This document shows, piece by piece, positions 59,684-64,000 of a stretch of DNA of 64,000 nucleotides (positions are counted from its first letter, which is position 1; every line of letters starts with the position of its first letter). The notes beneath the pieces were generated by a model, which saw only the letters and a list, made by a program, of their open reading frames with translations, was not told where the DNA came from and did no database searches. Where the stretch lies: positions 96,001-160,000 of the IMG/VR virus record IMGVR_UViG_3300037851_000671, one strand, 5' to 3'. Source of the stretch: a virus. Taxonomy: Duplodnaviria > Caudoviricetes. Made by a program: the position numbers and the translations under genes.

Positions 59684-60499
59684 ATGACGTATCTTCCTAT
59701 TGGTAAAAAAGACGCTGAAACGGAACCTCTATTAGACCATCTTTACACTAAGTTTCAACTAAGTGGTGATAGTTTTACAGATGTTAGTTTAAGTGCATTA
59801 CCAATAAGCAATACAAGTGTAACCATTGATACTAACATAAAACAATACGGAAATAGCTCTTTGTATTTTAATGGTGCGTCAAAACTGTTGATACAAAACT
59901 ATGCAAAGAAGATTGTGTTTTCAACATATCCATGGACTATTGAGATGTGGTTACGTTGGGGGCAGCCTGGGCAATATGGGCCAATGATATTTACAGGGAC
60001 TGGCCAACGTATGACTCCCAATGTGCTTGGTCAAGGAACTGTATTTAATTTCGCCTACACAGCTGCCAACGGCAATGTAACTTCATTTCTACAAACAACA
60101 GAATCTCAGAATGTTTGGTATCATTACGCAATACAGAGAGAAGAAAACAGAATTTACATGTATCTTAATGGAAATAGAGATTTGAGTAGTAACGCCACAA
60201 AGACGGTTGATCAGATTTGGCCGATACTTACAGAGGATGATTTTAGTATGGGTTGGGCACCATCATGGGGAGGTTTGAGCTGGGCGCATGCAGAGTTCAC
60301 CGGATGGATTCAAGATTTCAGAATTACCATAGGAAAAAACAGATACACAGGACCCACATTCACCCCTCCAACACAACCATTGCCAATTCCAGTAGCTCCT
60401 CCATCAGATCAGATTGGTAAAGTAAAAACAGATCTTGATGGAAAGTTCTGGATCTATGGGCATCTAAACAATACGCAACAAGGATGGCGTTTACTTTGA
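59684..60499 (+). CDS. LamG/ConA-like domain virion protein
   Basis: 'QYGNSSLYFNG', 'WTIEMW', 'WYHYAIQR', 'IQDFRITIG', 'FTPP'. Confidence 0.85.
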   Translation: MTYLPIGKKDAETEPLLDHLYTKFQLSGDSFTDVSLSALPISNTSVTIDTNIKQYGNSSLYFNGASKLLIQNYAKKIVFSTYPWTIEMWLRWGQPGQYGPMIFTGTGQRMTPNVLGQGTVFNFAYTAANGNVTSFLQTTESQNVWYHYAIQREENRIYMYLNGNRDLSSNATKTVDQIWPILTEDDFSMGWAPSWGGLSWAHAEFTGWIQDFRITIGKNRYTGPTFTPPTQPLPIPVAPPSDQIGKVKTDLDGKFWIYGHLNNTQQGWRLL

Positions 60500-60751
60500 G
60501 AAGTCAACGTGTATGACTTTGCCATCGGCTGGTGTAACGCTCTCTACAACTTTCAGTATTGTTTGATAAGGCTTCTCAAAATTAATGCTAGCGGCAATCT
60601 GAGATGATGGTATTTTCAGATCGGTATCACAGGTTTTACACCACAAGTGCAAGGCAAACCCTGACTTGTGACCAATGATGTTCCATTGTACTGCTTGTGC
60701 CTTGCAAGAGCATATTGGTTCTGAACATGTGATTGTGAAATCTGTAAGCAT
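60491..60751 (-). CDS. hypothetical Cys-rich protein (possible Zn-binding)
   Basis: 'CSEPICSC' and 'CKTC'; C-terminal 'KVIHVDFSK'; start ATG 60751 or GTG 60772. Confidence 0.65.
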   Translation of the reverse strand: MLTDFTITCSEPICSCKAQAVQWNIIGHKSGFALHLWCKTCDTDLKIPSSQIAASINFEKPYQTILKVVESVTPADGKVIHVDFSK

Positions 60752-60771
60752 ACCCAGATCTATATCCACCA

Positions 60772-60804
60772 CAAAACAAAAGAGCCCCCATGAGGAGGCT
60801 CTTT
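60772..60804 (-). terminator. Rho-independent terminator, minus strand
   Basis: AAAGAGCCTCC-TCAT-GGGGGCTCTTT followed by TGTTTTG. Confidence 0.7.
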
Positions 60805-60821
60805 CGGAGGAGGCTCTTTCG
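60792..60821. repeat. exact 15-bp tandem duplication GAGGAGGCTCTTTCG x2
   Basis: 60792-60806 and 60807-60821. Confidence 0.9.
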
Positions 60822-60838
60822 CTTGTTTGTTGGTTGCT

Positions 60839-61003
60839 TTACTTGGTATTAGCGCCGCCAACCTGGACAGAACCAGCTACGCCGCCAGCTCCACCAAAAG
60901 ACGCACCAGCTACAGAGGTAGCTGGAGCAACTGGGGCAGGAACGGTTTCCTGACATGCCGCAAACACAAACAAAGAAAGAACTAGAATCGCTATACTTTT
61001 CAT
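60839..61003 (-). CDS. small lipoprotein (54 aa)
   Basis: MKSIAILVLSLFVFAA-C lipobox; AAGGAG RBS 9 nt upstream; Pro/Ala/Gly-rich mature part. Confidence 0.75.
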   Translation of the reverse strand: MKSIAILVLSLFVFAACQETVPAPVAPATSVAGASFGGAGGVAGSVQVGGANTK

Positions 61004-61016
61004 TTGAACAAACTCC

Positions 61017-61742
61017 TTAGTATGGTATTGCATTGGCATCGCTAATCGCTTGCTCAATGTCAACGTAATTTAATCCGGCCGTGTCTATTTTGTTTCTTGT
61101 TAGATTGTAGTGGTTTACTATTCCACTATAACTTTCAGCGTCTGGTAACACTGTAGTAATCACATTGTCATCGGAATCGCGAGGGAATTTTGCAGGTACA
61201 TTTGGGAACAGTTGAGTATACCCTGCAATCAATCGTACAAGAGAATTGATCTGTGCTTCTGTTGGAGTGAAAACAAGCATCTGTTGACCATGTACTGTAG
61301 CCATTGCTGTTTCGTGTGGCTGTACATTGTACTTCTGTTGATTGGCTTCACTGTAGAGGTTTTTATTCTCCCATGCTTGTGGCATGTAAGCAATCTCTAC
61401 GCCTGATCCAAGGTTGTTGAAAACACCTCCCTGTGACCAGGCTCCATGTGTTATATCCAAACATTGATACACTGTAGCATAATTGTTCACACTATCGTCA
61501 TCTATGATGAAATTTACAGACAGGCCACGAGCCAACAGGCCTTGGAAGCAGCTTTTGGCAGTGTAAGTGACTGACCAATGAACAGCAAACTGCTTTATGG
61601 TATTCTGCAAATCTTCAAAGCTAAGGCTTCTTACATTGTATTTCTTTTTGGGAGTGAAGTCAAAACCACCATCTTCATCCCACTTAATTACTGGACAACC
61701 TATATCTACAGATTGTTCTCCAGCGTATATGCTTGTTCCCAT
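61017..61742 (-). CDS. N-acetylmuramoyl-L-alanine amidase (Amidase_2-like)
   Basis: 'FAVHWS', 'LSVNFIID', 'GVEI', 'QINSLVRL', 'IVNHY..KID'. Confidence 0.8.
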   Translation of the reverse strand: MGTSIYAGEQSVDIGCPVIKWDEDGGFDFTPKKKYNVRSLSFEDLQNTIKQFAVHWSVTYTAKSCFQGLLARGLSVNFIIDDDSVNNYATVYQCLDITHGAWSQGGVFNNLGSGVEIAYMPQAWENKNLYSEANQQKYNVQPHETAMATVHGQQMLVFTPTEAQINSLVRLIAGYTQLFPNVPAKFPRDSDDNVITTVLPDAESYSGIVNHYNLTRNKIDTAGLNYVDIEQAISDANAIPY

Positions 61743-61745
61743 GCT

Positions 61746-62474
61746 TTATCCTTTTTTCTCTGGTTTGAAATTCCCTTTCACTATATCAGCCATAGTTATT
61801 GGGTATTGAAAATGATCTCTGTCCTTGAATCCGAAGCTACCGTCACCACCCCACTTCAATCCAAGATCCTGTCCAAATTTCCCAAGACTATCCCACCAGC
61901 TCTCTGGTTTTTTCCACGCCATCTGTTCTTTCTCTATCGGAACAACGTCAACGGCTAGACCAAAGTTGTGCAGTGAGCTTCCTGGTTTGGCGTTGGTAAC
62001 TATAGTAAGAGCTTTGCCGTTTTTGTCTTCTTTTACGGTACGACCCTGGTCATACAACTCTTGCTGTCTGGCATTGCTTCTATACCCTTCAACAATACGA
62101 AGCCTGACTCCAACTTGAGCCGCACTCTCCAACAGTTTCTTTACCATTGGTTGGAATCTTGAATCCAACTCTGACAGCCGTGACATAGACATGGAATCCA
62201 CCTCAACTGGCGTTCCTGATCCGATGCCCTGGTGTTGAGGTTCTTCCGTTGCTGCCGGTGTCTTGGTGGCTGAAGAAACCTCTGGCTGCTGTTGTTGAGC
62301 AGGCGCTACCTCTGATTGATCGTTTATCGGAGGCGCACCTTGCCAAAACTGTTTCATCAGTGTTGAGACCTGTTTCTCAACATCAGACATACCTGTATCG
62401 GCGGTAGTAGTATTGCTGTCTAATGCGGCTTTATAGAAAGCTGTTGAGTATTGGTATAGGCGCTTAAAATCCAT
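61746..62474 (-). CDS. peptidase M15 family (L-Ala-D-Glu peptidase-like) with an acidic Q/P/T-rich N-terminus
   Basis: 'EGYRS..RQQELYDQGR', 'TNAKPGSSLHNFGLAVD', 'WGG..DRDHFQ'. Confidence 0.9.
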   Translation of the reverse strand: MDFKRLYQYSTAFYKAALDSNTTTADTGMSDVEKQVSTLMKQFWQGAPPINDQSEVAPAQQQQPEVSSATKTPAATEEPQHQGIGSGTPVEVDSMSMSRLSELDSRFQPMVKKLLESAAQVGVRLRIVEGYRSNARQQELYDQGRTVKEDKNGKALTIVTNAKPGSSLHNFGLAVDVVPIEKEQMAWKKPESWWDSLGKFGQDLGLKWGGDGSFGFKDRDHFQYPITMADIVKGNFKPEKKG

Positions 62475-62497
62475 GACAAGATGCTAGAATATACGCA

Positions 62498-62821
62498 TCA
62501 ACTTAGGGTTGAGGTTTTGTTTTTGCGCTTCTTCACCTTATTGCGCACCAAGCCTTTTTCCAGCCCTCGTTTGATGTGGTTCAACAGGTTATCAGGTATA
62601 GGTGATTTATCAATTGACTCGAAAGAAAAAGGGTACACACAGACAACATAGTCATCTGAATTGTACCCTGCTTCTTTAATCAGATCGTTGACCTCATTTG
62701 TCAGAGCTGTAAACATTGAGACCAGAGAGTGCCTAAGTTCTGTTTTGAACTCAAGCAATTCATCTGGCTTTAGAACGTCTTTGGTTTTGGCCACACACTC
62801 TTCCACAAGTTTATCAGCCAT
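62498..62821 (-). CDS. hypothetical protein
   Basis: 107-aa ORF, 6 nt after the macro-domain stop. Confidence 0.65.
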   Translation of the reverse strand: MADKLVEECVAKTKDVLKPDELLEFKTELRHSLVSMFTALTNEVNDLIKEAGYNSDDYVVCVYPFSFESIDKSPIPDNLLNHIKRGLEKGLVRNKVKKRKNKTSTLS

Positions 62822-62827
62822 ACTTTC

Positions 62828-63334
62828 TCATTCTGGAAGATCGTAGACCACAACATTGATATTGCGCTTGATCAGTTCGTCATCAATTATTTGCTGAACC
62901 TTAGCCCAATCACCTCCAGCCAAACCGCAACCGATACGTGGCATGTGGGCAGTGCCGTTGTACTCGCTGATTTCATCACCGGCTTTGGACAGACACTTTT
63001 TCAGAGCCTCATAACGGATTGGTGGCTCGCCTTTTTCATCTTCACCAATGCCATGCTGTGCAATCATGTTGATAATTGCAAGGTCACTGAGAACCTGAAT
63101 AACCTGAATCTCTCCTAGCGGAATCTTTCCAAACTTCAGGCGCCAGAGGTTACGATACTCTGATTCGGCCTTTGGCCAGCGTTTTGCCAAAGCTCCTGAA
63201 AATCCGGCGCCATATCCGCCTACGTCATTACATACCTGAAGGATGTATCGCATGTTACTGCCCTGAGGCTGTGTTGCATCACCCTTGATGAACTTGAATG
63301 TACCCTGTGGGCCAAACTTGCTTGGTTTTCTCAT
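62828..63334 (-). CDS. macro-domain (ADP-ribose binding/processing) protein
   Basis: 'KGDAT', 'CND.GGYGAGF..ALAKRWP', 'HMPRIGCGLAGGDW'. Confidence 0.92.
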   Translation of the reverse strand: MRKPSKFGPQGTFKFIKGDATQPQGSNMRYILQVCNDVGGYGAGFSGALAKRWPKAESEYRNLWRLKFGKIPLGEIQVIQVLSDLAIINMIAQHGIGEDEKGEPPIRYEALKKCLSKAGDEISEYNGTAHMPRIGCGLAGGDWAKVQQIIDDELIKRNINVVVYDLPE

Positions 63335-63335
63335 T

Positions 63336-63563
63336 TTACTTTTTCCTGTATATTATACGACCCCTAGTCATATTGTATGGATCTAATTCCACTTCTACAA
63401 TATCACCGTCCACTATCTTTATGTTATGAGTTCTAATCTTACCTGACAATTGACATAGAACTATTGTCGGACCTTTTTCTGTTTGAATTGAAACAGTAAA
63501 GAACCCATTACCTTTAGCGGCTTCTACTCGGCCGTCGAATCTTGGTTTATCATCTGAAGACAC
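63336..63563 (-). CDS. infA: translation initiation factor IF-1
   Basis: 'NGFFTV', 'LSGKIR..IKIVDGD.VEVEL.PY.MTRGRIIYR'. Confidence 0.93.
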   Translation of the reverse strand: MSSDDKPRFDGRVEAAKGNGFFTVSIQTEKGPTIVLCQLSGKIRTHNIKIVDGDIVEVELDPYNMTRGRIIYRKK

Positions 63564-63994
63564 TTCAATTTCCTTTTTAAATAATCATCCTCAACGGGAA
63601 CACCACTCACAAATACTTCGTTGAATATATCTTGTTCCAAAATCGGAATATGTTTCAATGACAGAGAGTTGAGTTCTCTTGCTTCGTTTTCAAGGTAGGA
63701 TACAGTTACCATGTTGAGAATAACGTATCCCAACAGCAATGGACTGAAGTTGTATAGCCAACTCGACCCGAAAAGTGATGACCTGAGTAGACCATCATTT
63801 CCCAAAAACACCAATACAGATTTAGAAGAAGAGAAAAAACCAGCCATCCAATAACTATGTTTCATTATCTGGCCTGGTTTTGATTTCCTTAGGATATCAC
63901 CCGTTTGATATAACACTGTTTTGGCAGGACAAACCACACCCATGCGATTTTTTGTCAATCGCAAACGGTTCCCCTCGGCATCCCTCCACTCCAT
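63524..63994 (-). CDS. hypothetical protein, possibly 5'-truncated by the window edge
   Basis: Frame is open to the end of the window; true start uncertain. Confidence 0.45.
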   Translation of the reverse strand: MEWRDAEGNRLRLTKNRMGVVCPAKTVLYQTGDILRKSKPGQIMKHSYWMAGFFSSSKSVLVFLGNDGLLRSSLFGSSWLYNFSPLLLGYVILNMVTVSYLENEARELNSLSLKHIPILEQDIFNEVFVSGVPVEDDYLKRKLKCLQMINQDSTAE

Positions 63995-64000
63995 CCACGA

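Noticed and set aside
219-63118. Many 60-170-aa ORFs antisense or out of frame to the main genes
   Set aside because: They are shadows of long, motif-bearing genes on the other strand or frame and show no motifs of their own.
1-64000. tRNA, rRNA or other structured ncRNA genes
   Set aside because: Intergenic gaps are nearly all under 120 nt and none shows a cloverleaf or a known ncRNA pattern by eye; tRNAscan-SE or Infernal would be needed to exclude them fully.

Overview
Segment of a very large (jumbo/huge) tailed phage genome, probably with a contractile tail, densely coded in the standard genetic code. From left to right: (1) a baseplate module (gp25-like, baseplate J-like, a 2227-aa wedge/LamG protein and a 996-aa protein with a dockerin-like repeat pair), 37-14322; (2) a ~21-kb glycan island, 14349-35438, with nine recognisable and three tentative glycosyltransferases, GDP-fucose and GDP-perosamine synthesis, methyltransferases, an SGNH protein, an ATP-grasp enzyme and a HAD phosphatase; a NUMOD3/PD-(D/E)xK endonuclease has entered its last gene and is flanked by two diverged copies of that gene's first 15 codons; (3) a tubulin/FtsZ-family gene, an ORF missed by the track that carries one in-frame TAA, an SF2 helicase, a DnaC-like loader, a DnaB-like helicase, a sigma factor, an intein-containing class II RNR, Met aminopeptidase and a histone-like protein, 35488-50589; (4) a 2-kaa collagen/solenoid/LamG fibre and a tandem set of LamG proteins, 50692-60499; (5) a minus-strand block with a lipoprotein, an amidase, an M15 peptidase, a macro-domain protein and IF-1. 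The strongest unexplained signal is the tripeptide DGY: 24 copies by hand count in five putative virion proteins and none found in the non-structural proteins. With the adjacent glycan island this suggests, as inference only, a phage-encoded virion glycosylation or decoration system. No tRNA, rRNA or CRISPR array was seen. All family calls come from motif recognition by eye, not from database searches.
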